Below are positions 9,016-19,900 of a stretch of DNA of 54,673 nucleotides, piece after piece; the stretch's first letter is position 1, and every line of letters starts with the position of its first letter. Location of the stretch: IMG/VR virus record IMGVR_UViG_3300031939_000377, positions 1-54,673 of that record. One strand, 5' to 3'. Below the pieces are notes generated by a model. That model had not been told where the DNA came from. It did no database searches and was given only the letters and a program-made list of their open reading frames with translations. This DNA is from a virus. Lineage: Duplodnaviria; Caudoviricetes. Made by a program: the position numbers and the translations under genes.

Positions 9016-10548
9016 TTAGGCGGTCACTGCGTCATCGAATGCAGGCAGCGCCGCAGCAATCCACATCGCTCCGTTCAGCGCGAACGGCTGGCTCGCGAAC
9101 GGTCCTTCGGTAATCTTGGTCCACCTTCGTCCGTCGTATTGCGCCCGGATGGACTTCTCTGAGGTGGTGCTGGTTGTGCCCATATCCGTAGTCCCCGACG
9201 CGATCGCCATGTCATACATGCGCCCTGCGATTTTCGCCACCGTGCTACCGTTCGGGTCTGGCGGAGCGAGCACATAGGCGCACGTGATGCGCGGTTCTCC
9301 CGTCATGTCCGTCAGGCTTACTCCCCCGCGCGAGGCCGTAAATGGAATCTGGATGATGCGCGAAACGTCGCTCGGATTTGGACCGCGCGATCCATTAGTG
9401 GTGAAAGTCTCCTGGAAGCTGTAACCCGAGCCGATCGACATGCTGTAGTCGAGGCGGCGAAGCAACTGGTCCGGGTCTGTGTCATCCTCTTCGCGCGAGC
9501 CGATCACGATGCAGTTGGTTCCGTCGTCGTGATTGCCGGCCGCGAGAATTCCCGCATACATGGAATTCAGTCCCGGATGGTCCGGGCTCCACTGGCCGGA
9601 GACGCAATACAAGACGAAATAGCAGGTCCCGACCACACAGGTGTATTGCACCGGGATCAGTCCGGTAACCGGGACCAGATCGGCATTGAGGTGCGTCCCA
9701 AGGTAGGCAGAGTTGAATCCCTGTTTGAACCAGCGGTCGGGGGGGGCGCTCGAAAACTGAAACCAGATTTGCGCGGGAGTTCCGGAGTGGGCTCCGTATT
9801 GATTCCCGAGCCCCACCAGGCGCACCTTCATGAACCCGCCCCCAGGGAGCGTAGGGCTCTGAAATACTCGATGGCCGCCGCTCGTGAAGCCGAGCTCCCC
9901 GCTCGCAACGAAAATGGGGAATGCGTCTCCGCGATAAAAAGCAGGATTAGGAACGGCGTTGAACTGGTATGCGCGTCCCGTACGTGGGTCGTCGATATAG
10001 TTACCCGGCACGGTCACCGTGAATTCACCGCCTGCAGTCAGCGCAGTCGCCAGGTTCTCCGCGGACGTCAGCAGGTCCGTCCCCATCGGCGCCCATTGCA
10101 GCGTCACGGGGCTGTCGTCCATATAGAAAGGGACGCTCGGGATCTGAGTGCATAGCGGGTTCGGAATCTCGGTTTCCGGATTGTAGAAAGCCGCAATCGT
10201 CGTTCCGACCTGCGCGTAGTACTGCGTCGGCCGCGCGCAACTGGCCGTAGCTGGAACGGGCGGAATGATGCTGGTCGACGGGGTGTAGATCGGGATGTCC
10301 GTCTGCGAGCGAAACCCGAACCAGGAGCTGCTAGTCTCCTCCAGTGAATTCTCTGTCCAGCCCGCGGCCAGCAGGAGATCCGCGATTCCGTCCATCTGGA
10401 TGATGGAGTTTTCATACCCGAGCGTGAGCAGGTTGAGCTTCGGCGGGATCAAGCCGATGACGGGCTTTCTTCCTCCCGCCGATGCAAGTTCGACTTCGGT
10501 GTAGGGAATCCCTTCCATGAATGGCTCGTTAAATAAGTGGTAGGCCAT
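9016..10548 (-). CDS. Minor tail protein
   Basis: TGATG coupling; shares L..AGW and G..YD.A..S motifs with 10548..11483. Confidence 0.6.
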   Translation of the reverse strand: MAYHLFNEPFMEGIPYTEVELASAGGRKPVIGLIPPKLNLLTLGYENSIIQMDGIADLLLAAGWTENSLEETSSSWFGFRSQTDIPIYTPSTSIIPPVPATASCARPTQYYAQVGTTIAAFYNPETEIPNPLCTQIPSVPFYMDDSPVTLQWAPMGTDLLTSAENLATALTAGGEFTVTVPGNYIDDPRTGRAYQFNAVPNPAFYRGDAFPIFVASGELGFTSGGHRVFQSPTLPGGGFMKVRLVGLGNQYGAHSGTPAQIWFQFSSAPPDRWFKQGFNSAYLGTHLNADLVPVTGLIPVQYTCVVGTCYFVLYCVSGQWSPDHPGLNSMYAGILAAGNHDDGTNCIVIGSREEDDTDPDQLLRRLDYSMSIGSGYSFQETFTTNGSRGPNPSDVSRIIQIPFTASRGGVSLTDMTGEPRITCAYVLAPPDPNGSTVAKIAGRMYDMAIASGTTDMGTTSTTSEKSIRAQYDGRRWTKITEGPFASQPFALNGAMWIAAALPAFDDAVTA

Positions 10549-11483
10549 CAGTACGCCCAATTCCCTTTCGTCCGGACCGCAATCGGGGATGCATAATCCA
10601 AAAGCAACAAGGTAAAAACGCCTTCATCGTTGAACGACGCTTGCGTGTAAGAGTGCCAGCGCGTGTTCACCTCCGAATCCGTATCCTCGGTCTGGATAAT
10701 GGTCTCGTCTTCGGCCAGCGTCCTCATGCTCATGAGCGCGGCGTCGTAAATAATTCCGATGATCGTGCTCTGCCAGATGACAAACGGCGGCGTAACCAGC
10801 GGAGTGCCGTCGAGGTGAATCATCCCGCTCGGAAACTGCGCCAGGTCGGCTGGATACGATCCCCTGATGATCCCGAGATAGAGTGACTGTTCGACGGAAT
10901 TGGTCAGTGGATCGACCGTGGTGCAGGCCCCGTTCACCGCCACAGCGAAACGCTGCGGATACCAGGAATTGCGGAGGCTCCGCACGTTAAGAACACCCAG
11001 CCCCCCACCACTATCGCTTCCAGAGCAGAACCAGCACTCCGTCACCGGGGTCTTGCTGTTGAGGGTGAACAGCGTCCCGCCGATCACTTCGCGGGGGTTG
11101 CCAGAGTTCTGCCCGGTGTTTGCCACGCCGATCGCAAAAGTGCAGCGGTTCGCCCAGAAAATGAACGTCGCCCCAACCTCGATGTGATAGACCGGGCCGA
11201 ACCCGATTCCGTTGGCCACGTTCTGCTGGAATTGCACGCCGATGCAGTTGGGATACGCGAGATCCGAAGTCACCCAGACGCTCAAATCAACCAGCAGGCT
11301 CTGCTCGCTGCTCCCGGTGTAACGATAGCCGCCGGAGATGGTGGCGATCCGAACCCAACCCGCGCCTTGCAAAAACGTGTCGAGGTAGGTAACGAACGCA
11401 GCCGGATTCGCCGGAGTGGTCGACGCGAGATACACCGCCGGCGTCGCCGCCGATCCCGAACTGTAAGCGAGTCCGCTGCCCAT
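10548..11483 (-). CDS. Minor tail protein
   Basis: Coupled ORF; motif similarity to 9016..10548. Confidence 0.6.
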   Translation of the reverse strand: MGSGLAYSSGSAATPAVYLASTTPANPAAFVTYLDTFLQGAGWVRIATISGGYRYTGSSEQSLLVDLSVWVTSDLAYPNCIGVQFQQNVANGIGFGPVYHIEVGATFIFWANRCTFAIGVANTGQNSGNPREVIGGTLFTLNSKTPVTECWFCSGSDSGGGLGVLNVRSLRNSWYPQRFAVAVNGACTTVDPLTNSVEQSLYLGIIRGSYPADLAQFPSGMIHLDGTPLVTPPFVIWQSTIIGIIYDAALMSMRTLAEDETIIQTEDTDSEVNTRWHSYTQASFNDEGVFTLLLLDYASPIAVRTKGNWAY

Positions 11484-11881
11484 CAGTAGTACACCTTGAA
11501 CGTGGCGATTCCCGCGCCATCTTTCTGCCCATCAGAGGCCAGCACGTCACATAAAAATGAAGCGTCCGCCGGGAGTGAAGTGGTGCCAGAGAACGTTGTA
11601 AACGTCATGACGTCGCGCACTGCCCGGGTATGCGGAATCGTGCAGGTGGCGAGTGTCCAAAGCCCGGTCCCATCGTGCAACACCAGCCGGAATCTCACGG
11701 TAAGATCCGCCGTAATCGGCAGTCGCAGGTTGCCCGTGATCTTTGAACACGTCCCGGCCCGCTCGACCGTCACCGCATCGCCTGTATCGTTGCCGACGGT
11801 GCTGTCCTTTACGTCGAGCGTGAGCGTCTTCAGAGCGCCGGCACTAGCTCCACTTCCGCCGATGAGTGTTGCTTTACCCAT
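11483..11881 (-). CDS. Tail-associated hypothetical protein
   Basis: ATG overlapping end of tip gene; TGATG coupling downstream. Confidence 0.55.
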   Translation of the reverse strand: MGKATLIGGSGASAGALKTLTLDVKDSTVGNDTGDAVTVERAGTCSKITGNLRLPITADLTVRFRLVLHDGTGLWTLATCTIPHTRAVRDVMTFTTFSGTTSLPADASFLCDVLASDGQKDGAGIATFKVYY

Positions 11882-14800
11882 TGATGCGATAAGTCCTCGG
11901 CTGGTTGGGATCAACGGTAAAACTGCTGATCGGCCCGGATTCGCTGCCGAACGTGTCAGTCGTGCTCGGGTCTACCTGCACGGTGAATGTGTGCGCCGAC
12001 GTGTCGGCGCGGTCCCACGTCATGACCATGTTGGGCAGCTGGCTGAACGGCAGCATCGTGTAAACGATGTCGTTTGAAGTGCAGTCGGCGACGATCAGGG
12101 AATCGGTGTAAATCATCGTCTGCGAAGCTGTGATGATCCGTGTTCCCTGTGCGCCCCAGATGTAGATTTCGCGATACGGAGACCAGCGTTTGAGGGACGT
12201 TTTGCCGGTCTGGTCGGCCGTCAGTGCCCTCACGAGAATGACCTGCTTGGCGTAATTGAGAATGTTGACGGTGGCCACCTGGGGCGGCGGCGTGGCCAGC
12301 ATCATCGAATTCGAGATGGTGGCGGTCGGCTGGTCCTGCCAGGCGGAGTATTCGATCACGTACCGGGTGGTGTTGTCGGGTGTAGTGTGCCAGGCCTGGT
12401 CGATGGTGATGGTGTCGTTGGTATTGCCAACGATATTTCGCTCCTGGCCTTTCCCCGTGCCGCGGGTGAGCCGCACGCGGCCGCCCACCAACTCGTTCCC
12501 CGCCGTGCCGAATCCGTCGGGCAGGTATCCGTTGACGGTGTTCGGGTCTCCGATCGTAGTGTCGGTGATGACCGTCGGGCAGTAATTGATCTTGAAGACG
12601 GTGCCATCCTGGATGCCGGCGACGGTCGGATCCGGCCGCACATGGTAGACGCCGGCAACATTGTCGATCACGTGATAGTCGGCGATCGGGACCGTCCCGG
12701 TGTTCCCGTAGGGCAGAGCCAGGACACTCAAGTCATAGCCGTGAGTAGAGTCGATCTCCTGGAACTGATGGTCCGTGACGGTGTGGCCGATGAAGTGGAT
12801 GAAGCCAGTCCCGTCTCCGTTCGACGTCGGAGTTCCAAAACAGCTATCCCCCCAAGGTCCGCCGTGGATCTCTTCCTTGACTTCGATCACCAGACCGGCC
12901 GAGAGCGCGTCTGGCGGGCCGTAGGTTGCAATGTTTAGGGCGGTAATGGTGATGGTGCTGGGAGTGGCAGTGCCTGAAGCTTGCGCCGAGAGGCTGTTGT
13001 GCCCAATGCCGGCGAACAGAACCCATGCGGCCGTTCCCGTCCCCCAACTGATCGTCGGCGTAACCGCGGTGTTCGTGTCGGTGCCAGCGGGGATGGTCAC
13101 GGAAGTGAAGCTCGAGAGTGCCGACCATTTGCCGTTGACGTCCTGCACTGAAATCGCCATGAGGATGCGCTGGCCGCCCTTGATCGTGCCGCCCGTGTTG
13201 GCGGTGTTGGCCTCGGTGTTCATGAGCGGCGGCTGCACGCGCGCTGGTCCCGTGGTCAGTGTGTTCACCGTCGGGTTGCCGATGATCGGCAGGACCGCGA
13301 GCGGGGATCCGTCGCCTGCCAGGCCGTAGACCTGGGAAACCCCGAAATTCCATTCCGAAGGGTCATACATCGAATCGCCGGCGATCGGCTGCTCCGCATA
13401 GGGTCTCCAGGGCAGCGGCGGCCGCGTGGGCAGCGGTTGGCGCGGATCGCTGTAGCCGGGTGTGCCCCTCTGGCCGTAAATGTCGGTGTACCAGCGGTCA
13501 TCATGCCAGCGCAGCGTGACCGTCATGCGCTGGTAGTTGGAAGCCGGTTTGATCGCCTCTACGCGCACCAGAATGCCGGTGATGCCCGTTCCCGGCGGCG
13601 ACTGGAGCGGAACGGAGGGCGCCAGGGCCTGCGATTGGAAGCGCAACAGGCAGATGTGCCCGACGCGCAAGTGCGCCAGCCGGTGCGTCGTAGTCGGCTG
13701 CCAGAAGTAAGTGCCGCGGGTGTCGAGCCACGGATTGCCGCGGAAGTTCTCGGCCAGGATGACGTTGCACGTCCGGATCCCCTGGTCGAAAGAGGAGACT
13801 CCGCGGACGGTATAGCCGGCGGGGATCTGGGCGCCGCCCAGCTGGTAGCCGGCCGCCCGGGCGACGTCGTCTGGATCCACCACCGAGATGGAATCGTCCT
13901 GAAAGCCGTTATCGGCATCCTGGAAGCCGAAGCTGATGGAGTTGGGCGATTGCGCGTTTGCCAGGGCATACGGCCCTTCCATTTGCGGCTGGCCCTTGCC
14001 GTCCTGCAGGATGACGGCGTCGTCGATCAGGTAGGCGACATAAGCAGACCCATTGTCGCCGACGCCGTCCGCCACAGTGTTATCCGCGTGCACGGAGAGG
14101 ACGGGCGTGTCGTAGTTGGAGCCCGGGACGGGCGCGGGTTGCTGGTCCGCCAGCGTTTTCCGGATGAAAAACTGCAGCAGGCCGGTATCAGAATTCGGAA
14201 TGAGCTGCCCGTTGCACCCGCGCAGCATGGCCTGGATGATCTCGTTAGCCTTGCCCTGCTCCTCGATCGCCTGCTGGCAAATGAAGCGCGCGTGAGTCTG
14301 CGCGTTCCCGTTCAGATCGATATAGGAGACCGGCGCATCGCAATATGCCGCTTCGGCGACGAAGGAGGCCGTATCCAGTTCCTGGAAGCTGTAGTTGGCC
14401 CAGATCAGTTTGTCGTAGAGCGTCCATGCGTAATTGGTGGTTCGCGCGAGAACCCTGGTGTATGGTCCGGACCCCGTATAGGTGACCAGAAAGGTCCCTT
14501 GCTTCAGACGGACCTGGACGCTGGGAATGGAGTTCGACGCAGCCAAGTCCGAATACACTACGATCTCGATGGTTGCCAGGCCGCCGTAAGGGTCACCCAA
14601 AGAGTTGTAGCCCAGATCGGCTGTAGCAATTCCGTTGCGGCCTCCGGTATGAGTTGAAACGGAGGCCGTGGCATCCGTCAAGCTGTCGAGGAAGTTCCAC
14701 CGCTCCAGCGGGTCAGTGCCTACTTGCGCATTCGGCGGAATGAGAATCCCGTTCACCACAACGACGTCGACGCCGTCATGGCCGATATCGCCGGAGCAGA

Positions 14801-15809
14801 GAACCACTTCCATCCTGGTCGCGTTGCCGTCACCCAAGACGTTGGCGATGATCGGGTTCTTGATCCACTGCGCGCCGTCAACCAGGGGATATGGCCGGTT
14901 GTAGATGGCTTCATTACGCGCGCGAAAGACGGTGACCTTGCCCTTCACGTAATTGGTGGCCTGGACTTCGCGATTGTCCGGCGACCATTGGATCCCTTTG
15001 AATCGCCCGGTGGCCCTATCGCTCGAATCCTGCGAATACATGCCGCGGGCCACGCAATCGGCCTTGGTGTAATTGCAGGCGATGTAGATGCCGGCGCCGT
15101 CCGCAATCACGTTGCGCTGCGGGTCGGTCGCGTTCGCGGTGGTGGTGTTGCCCCGTCGACAATCTCCGCCAATTTCGGGATCCGTGCCGGCCTGGTCCGG
15201 GTTGTAGCCGCAGCCCCACTGCCAGGAGGACATGTCTGTCGCGCCGGCCAACCGCTCAAAGGCGTTTCGCGGGAACAGATTGACGCATCTCTGCTGCACG
15301 CGCTCAATGGGCAGGTCGACCAGCGCGAGATTGTGGGAAGTGGTGGCCCGGATCGAAAGGAACTGGGCGCCGGCGGGCGCTTTTCCGGGAGCATCGCAAA
15401 TCCCGGTGAATTTGAATGGCGCCGGCGAATCGTCGCTGAAGACGTAATCGCCGGTTGCCGGATCGATGTCTCGCAGCACCAGGGCGAGCTGCAGGATGGC
15501 TCCCTTGAAGCCCTTGCCGTTCGCCAGTTCGTAATTGAGCAGGAGGAACTGATCGGCATTGTAGAGATTCAGCGTGACGTCGCTGATCCGGTCGATGCCC
15601 TGCTCGCTGCGCGCCTGGACCTGTTGGATATCCTGCGCATCGATGCGCGCAAGATAATCGTTGCCGGCGTACTGGTTTCCACCTTCTCCGGCGTTCAGCG
15701 GATGGGTGCTGGCGCGAAGATAAGAGCCGTCGGCGAACTGGAAAGTTGCCAGCAGCATTGGCGCATAGTTGCCCTCTTTGTTGTCAATGAGGGGGCCGGG
15801 CAGCGCCAT
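11874..15809 (-). CDS. Tail tip / baseplate hub protein (central fibre, lambda J or GTA-like)
   Basis: 1311 aa, position after distal tail gene, Cys cluster near N-terminus (CNYTKADC). Confidence 0.7.
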   Translation of the reverse strand: MALPGPLIDNKEGNYAPMLLATFQFADGSYLRASTHPLNAGEGGNQYAGNDYLARIDAQDIQQVQARSEQGIDRISDVTLNLYNADQFLLLNYELANGKGFKGAILQLALVLRDIDPATGDYVFSDDSPAPFKFTGICDAPGKAPAGAQFLSIRATTSHNLALVDLPIERVQQRCVNLFPRNAFERLAGATDMSSWQWGCGYNPDQAGTDPEIGGDCRRGNTTTANATDPQRNVIADGAGIYIACNYTKADCVARGMYSQDSSDRATGRFKGIQWSPDNREVQATNYVKGKVTVFRARNEAIYNRPYPLVDGAQWIKNPIIANVLGDGNATRMEVVLCSGDIGHDGVDVVVVNGILIPPNAQVGTDPLERWNFLDSLTDATASVSTHTGGRNGIATADLGYNSLGDPYGGLATIEIVVYSDLAASNSIPSVQVRLKQGTFLVTYTGSGPYTRVLARTTNYAWTLYDKLIWANYSFQELDTASFVAEAAYCDAPVSYIDLNGNAQTHARFICQQAIEEQGKANEIIQAMLRGCNGQLIPNSDTGLLQFFIRKTLADQQPAPVPGSNYDTPVLSVHADNTVADGVGDNGSAYVAYLIDDAVILQDGKGQPQMEGPYALANAQSPNSISFGFQDADNGFQDDSISVVDPDDVARAAGYQLGGAQIPAGYTVRGVSSFDQGIRTCNVILAENFRGNPWLDTRGTYFWQPTTTHRLAHLRVGHICLLRFQSQALAPSVPLQSPPGTGITGILVRVEAIKPASNYQRMTVTLRWHDDRWYTDIYGQRGTPGYSDPRQPLPTRPPLPWRPYAEQPIAGDSMYDPSEWNFGVSQVYGLAGDGSPLAVLPIIGNPTVNTLTTGPARVQPPLMNTEANTANTGGTIKGGQRILMAISVQDVNGKWSALSSFTSVTIPAGTDTNTAVTPTISWGTGTAAWVLFAGIGHNSLSAQASGTATPSTITITALNIATYGPPDALSAGLVIEVKEEIHGGPWGDSCFGTPTSNGDGTGFIHFIGHTVTDHQFQEIDSTHGYDLSVLALPYGNTGTVPIADYHVIDNVAGVYHVRPDPTVAGIQDGTVFKINYCPTVITDTTIGDPNTVNGYLPDGFGTAGNELVGGRVRLTRGTGKGQERNIVGNTNDTITIDQAWHTTPDNTTRYVIEYSAWQDQPTATISNSMMLATPPPQVATVNILNYAKQVILVRALTADQTGKTSLKRWSPYREIYIWGAQGTRIITASQTMIYTDSLIVADCTSNDIVYTMLPFSQLPNMVMTWDRADTSAHTFTVQVDPSTTDTFGSESGPISSFTVDPNQPRTYRING

Positions 15810-15861
15810 TACGCGGCGTCCTCCGCCCTTGCAGCCTGTGGTGATTTAGCCACGGTTTCCC

Positions 15862-16827
15862 TCAATTCGTCTCCACGATGCGCAGCGTGAAGCTGTTCTG
15901 GTCAGGGCCGTTGTTCACGATTTCGAGCGCGTCGTCGTCATACCGGCACTTCGGGTAGACCACCCGAACCGGAGCCCCCGCCAGGTGCGCCGCGGCCGTC
16001 GTGCTCGAGGCGCCGCGGGTCGCTGTCAGCGGGCTGCTCCCGGCGGCCGTCACGTTCAGCCACTCCGCATCGATCTGCATCAGAAACGGCGTGGCCGGAA
16101 AATCCAGCACGGAAGAAACGGGGATGGAGGTGGCGCCTGACGAAATGCCGGCAGTCAGAAGGGCCGAGGCGTCGGGATCCACGAATGTCCAGGTCCCCCA
16201 CTTGCCCCAGTTGTCGCGAAAGTGGCCTTCCCGGGTGGCCAGGTCGGCATCGGACACGATCGGATACTGCAGCTCCCACCCGCGCAGCGATCGCCCCGGG
16301 TATCCTGTCAGGCCCGCGGCGATCCAGGTATAGGCATACCGCATGCCCGTCGGATTGTCGTTCAGGAGGACCGCAAAACGGCGAACTTGCGTGTAAGGGA
16401 GCTGCGCGCTCGCGCCGCTCGCGAGTGTCGGGAAAAGCGCGCCGGGTGAGCCGGCGGTCTGCCCAGCGTTCTTCGTCTGCCGTGCGCGCAGCGTGAAGGA
16501 ATAGAGCGTGGGCGTGGCCGCGTCTTCGCGCGCGGTGAAGGTGTCGTCTTCGGAGGTCAGGCCGGTGAAGGTGGTGGTTCCGAGAGTGAAGGACCAGGTG
16601 CTGTCGAAGCTTCCCTTCTGGGACTCCATGAACGCTTTGAACGCGGCGGTCTCGGTGGCGCTGACCCGCGTATAGGGCAGGACGAATCTGGTGAGCGGAG
16701 GCCGGCCCTTGGAGCGCTGCTCGGTGAAATTGTTCGCGATCGCTATGTCGGTCAGGAATTCGACGCGCCGCGTTACCGGGCACAATGCCTGCATGCCGCC
16801 GCGGACTGTGGGGAGAGTTCCAGCCAT
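15862..16827 (-). CDS. Distal tail protein
   Basis: Position after tape measure; internally duplicated architecture; W.F.DP and RYDDD motifs. Confidence 0.6.
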   Translation of the reverse strand: MAGTLPTVRGGMQALCPVTRRVEFLTDIAIANNFTEQRSKGRPPLTRFVLPYTRVSATETAAFKAFMESQKGSFDSTWSFTLGTTTFTGLTSEDDTFTAREDAATPTLYSFTLRARQTKNAGQTAGSPGALFPTLASGASAQLPYTQVRRFAVLLNDNPTGMRYAYTWIAAGLTGYPGRSLRGWELQYPIVSDADLATREGHFRDNWGKWGTWTFVDPDASALLTAGISSGATSIPVSSVLDFPATPFLMQIDAEWLNVTAAGSSPLTATRGASSTTAAAHLAGAPVRVVYPKCRYDDDALEIVNNGPDQNSFTLRIVETN

Positions 16828-16971
16828 TTATTTGATCCTCGGATTGAGTGCCCAGGAAATAGCCTCTCGCCAAGAATTGAACCAATAACGGCAGCGAGAA
16901 ATTGGATGAAGGTAGAAAAGATTGGCCTCCGCGCACCAGCCAAACCGGGTCTTCCAGACGCGCGCTTTCAT
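16828..16971 (-). CDS. 47-aa Trp-rich hypothetical protein
   Basis: ATGA overlap with tape measure stop; stop abuts next ATG; MKARVWKTRFGWCAEANLFYLHP... Confidence 0.45.
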   Translation of the reverse strand: MKARVWKTRFGWCAEANLFYLHPISRCRYWFNSWREAISWALNPRIK

Positions 16972-19900
16972 AAATGCCTCAAGGTCTCCTGCAGGCCTGT
17001 CCCCCGCCCGGTCTGGATTGCATGCTGCACAGCGTCCGCCACCAGGTGGGAATTCTCGTTGAAGGATCGTGAGTCAAGCGTTTGCACGTTTACCGTGATC
17101 GGAGTTCCGCCAGGCCCACCAAACGCGCTGTCGGTCCGGCCAGGGACTGTGATGTTGTGCCGGTAGTCGAAAAATCCCTGCTCGACGGTCGGGAATGGCG
17201 AAAGGTTCGAGCCCCGCGGCGCGCCGAAGCGGTCGAAGTCGGCGTACGTGCCGCCGGTGGTCATGCTGGCGTTGATCGCCACCGGTGCCATGTACTGGTT
17301 GTATTTCAGCTCGTTCTGGATCTCGTTTTCCCGCCGTTGTTTGGGATCTCCGAGAATCGAAGAAATGAGAGTAGTGGCCATGGCGGCCGCCATGATGAAG
17401 GGCTGCTGGGGACCTGGGATGAGAGACGCGGCGCCGAGAATTGAGCCGGTCCCCTGTAGCGCGCCTTGCGCTCCGCCGGCCTTAAAGCCTTCATAGGCTC
17501 CATATGCCGCTCCGGCTGCCGCCACGCCGTATCCAATGCCCTTGCCGACCGTCAATCCACCTTTGCCGGGAGCGCTGTAGCCCTGCGTAGAGAAGCCCGT
17601 ATTGGGTGTCGAGTTGTCACCGGGGATTGGTGAGCCCGTTTGATTCGGGCCGGTCTCGCCAAACGCCTGCTTCAACTCATCGGGGGTGAATTCATCGATA
17701 CCGCCGCCGGCGCCGGCGCCGGCGCCGGTCCACATGCCGGAGATCCTGGAGGCGGCTCCATTCCATCCGCCGCCGGCGCTTCCACCGCCGCCAGAGGGTG
17801 AGGTAGCAGCAGCTCGCAAGTCCGCCGCGGCCTGAATCAGATCGGTGCCGGCTTGGGTGAGCGTCATGCCGGCCGTCTTCAACGGATCCGGACCGAATGG
17901 CGTCCCCTCGAGGAGCTTGCCCATCGTGGTGCCGGCCTGGGCGTGCATGCCACCCATCGCCTTTTGAATAGTGGGCCATGCCAGCCCCGCGGCGTTACCG
18001 ACGATCGTGTCTTCGATCTTGTTGAGCTGGCCGATCAGGAATTTCTGAATGCCGGCGCCGCCTCCGGAGCGCGCCGCGTCGACGAATCCGACGGCGAGAG
18101 ATTGGAACTCCTGCTTTTGCCGGAGCGCTATTTCAAGCAGCGCGTTCTCCTGCGCCATCCTGGCATCGAAAATCTGCTGGTCCTTGTCGGCCAGGGCGAT
18201 TTTACGGGCGGACTCTTGCTCGCCTGTGGTTTTCAGCAGCGCCGCAATCTTCAGCCGCTGCGCGTATTCCTGGTTCACCAGCGAAATTCTGAGATTGTAG
18301 GTATCCGAAACCTCCTGCCCTTCGCTGCCGCCTGCCAGTTGGTTCCGGATTCCGATTTGGCTAAGCCGCCTTTGTCCGGTGTTGCGAAGATTCCGCAACG
18401 AATCCTCTTCCACCTTCAGGGCGCCTTCTCGAGCTTCGTTTGCGGCCTTGAGCACCGATTTCAGGAGAGCGTCGGCCAGCTTGTCGGCGGTTTTGTAAAC
18501 CTCGTCCCAGCCCCTGTCTTCGTCCTTGCCTGCGACGAGCTGCCCGCGGAAATCCATCTTGTCGAGCTTGGTCTGGGACGCTTGTCGTTCTTTCGCCGCA
18601 TCAGCGACGTAGGTGACGAAGGCCGCGCGTTGCTGGAGGTCGAAGTCCGCATTGATCCTGGCCGCGTTGGCCCCGGGCTTTCTCAACTCGTCTGCGCGGT
18701 CCGCGGCGATGTCGGTTCTGGAGCGGTCGTACCGCCTTTGGGCGGAATCCTCACCGCGATAGAAGGCGTCATCGAAGGCCTTCTCTGACCGCTTGCGAAG
18801 CTCGATTTCGCGCTCGATCGCGCCTTTCAGCTCCTGTGCCGCCTTGATTTGCTCTTTCGTTGCCGCGATTTGCTGGTCGATTTTCTCCAGGCCGGCGCGG
18901 GCTGTGACTTGTTTAGGACTGCCTGGGGCTGCGGATGTGAATCGTTGTTCGGCATCCTCGCGGTCGGATGTGAGGCGCTTCAGCTCGTTGTCAAGACGGG
19001 TTTTGACATCCTCGTGCGCAAGATTGTATTCGCGCAATTTCTGGGCGTTCGCGCTCCGGAGCAGCGATTCTGCGCTCGGGCCGGTCGGCGGCTTGGTCTC
19101 TTTCGCTACTCCTGCCGCATATGCGGCGTCGAAGTCCTCCCCCTGGTTGCGCTTCGCTATGAAATCAGACAGGCCACCCGCGCCCGGGACAATGCCTTCG
19201 ACGATGGCATTCCTCACCATCCGGCCGATGCTGTAAGCGTCGCTCGTATCTTTCAGATTGATATCGCCACCACCGGTGACGAAGCGAATGACGCCAATAG
19301 CTCCCTGCCCAAGTGAAAGTTTCAGGGCATCCCATTGCAATCCGAGGAGGACTAGCTGCTCCCGATATTTGGCCGCCTTCTGGATGCCTTGGGCATCCAT
19401 GATGACCCCTGTCGCGGACACGCGCGCTTCGAGCTGCTTGAACTGCGCGAAGAGAGGCTCCATCTCCAGGCCGCTTCGCCCAAAGAGGGTGATCGTCATG
19501 CGGTCCCGCTCCATGGCATTCCCGACCGCAGATAGCTTCTGGAATAATTCCGGAAGTAGCTCGCCCATGGGCTTGAACGCTGCTTCGGCACCCAGCCCCA
19601 GCTCCTCGAGGACCTTCTTTTGCTTCTTTCCCTCGTCGGAGTTTTCGCTCATCCCGCGGGAGAGGGTGCGCATCGCCGTCGTGAGCGTGCCTGCGTTGAC
19701 GCCGGCAACTTCCGACGCTCGAGTGTAGAGCTGCGTCTCGGTGGTGGTGAGGCCGGTGCGCGATGCCAGGTTGGCGGTTTCCTGGGCATACTTGGCGGTG
19801 TCGCTCGCGTTCTTGATCAGCCAGCCGCTGACAACCGCAAGCCCGAGGCCCACGCCGCCGGCCGCAATCCCCACCTTGCCGTAGCTGACAACGAACTTCT

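Noticed and set aside
1-16000. Diversity-generating retroelement or invertible fibre cassette
   Set aside because: No reverse transcriptase, TR/VR pair or flanking inverted repeats seen by eye; a computational repeat scan would be decisive
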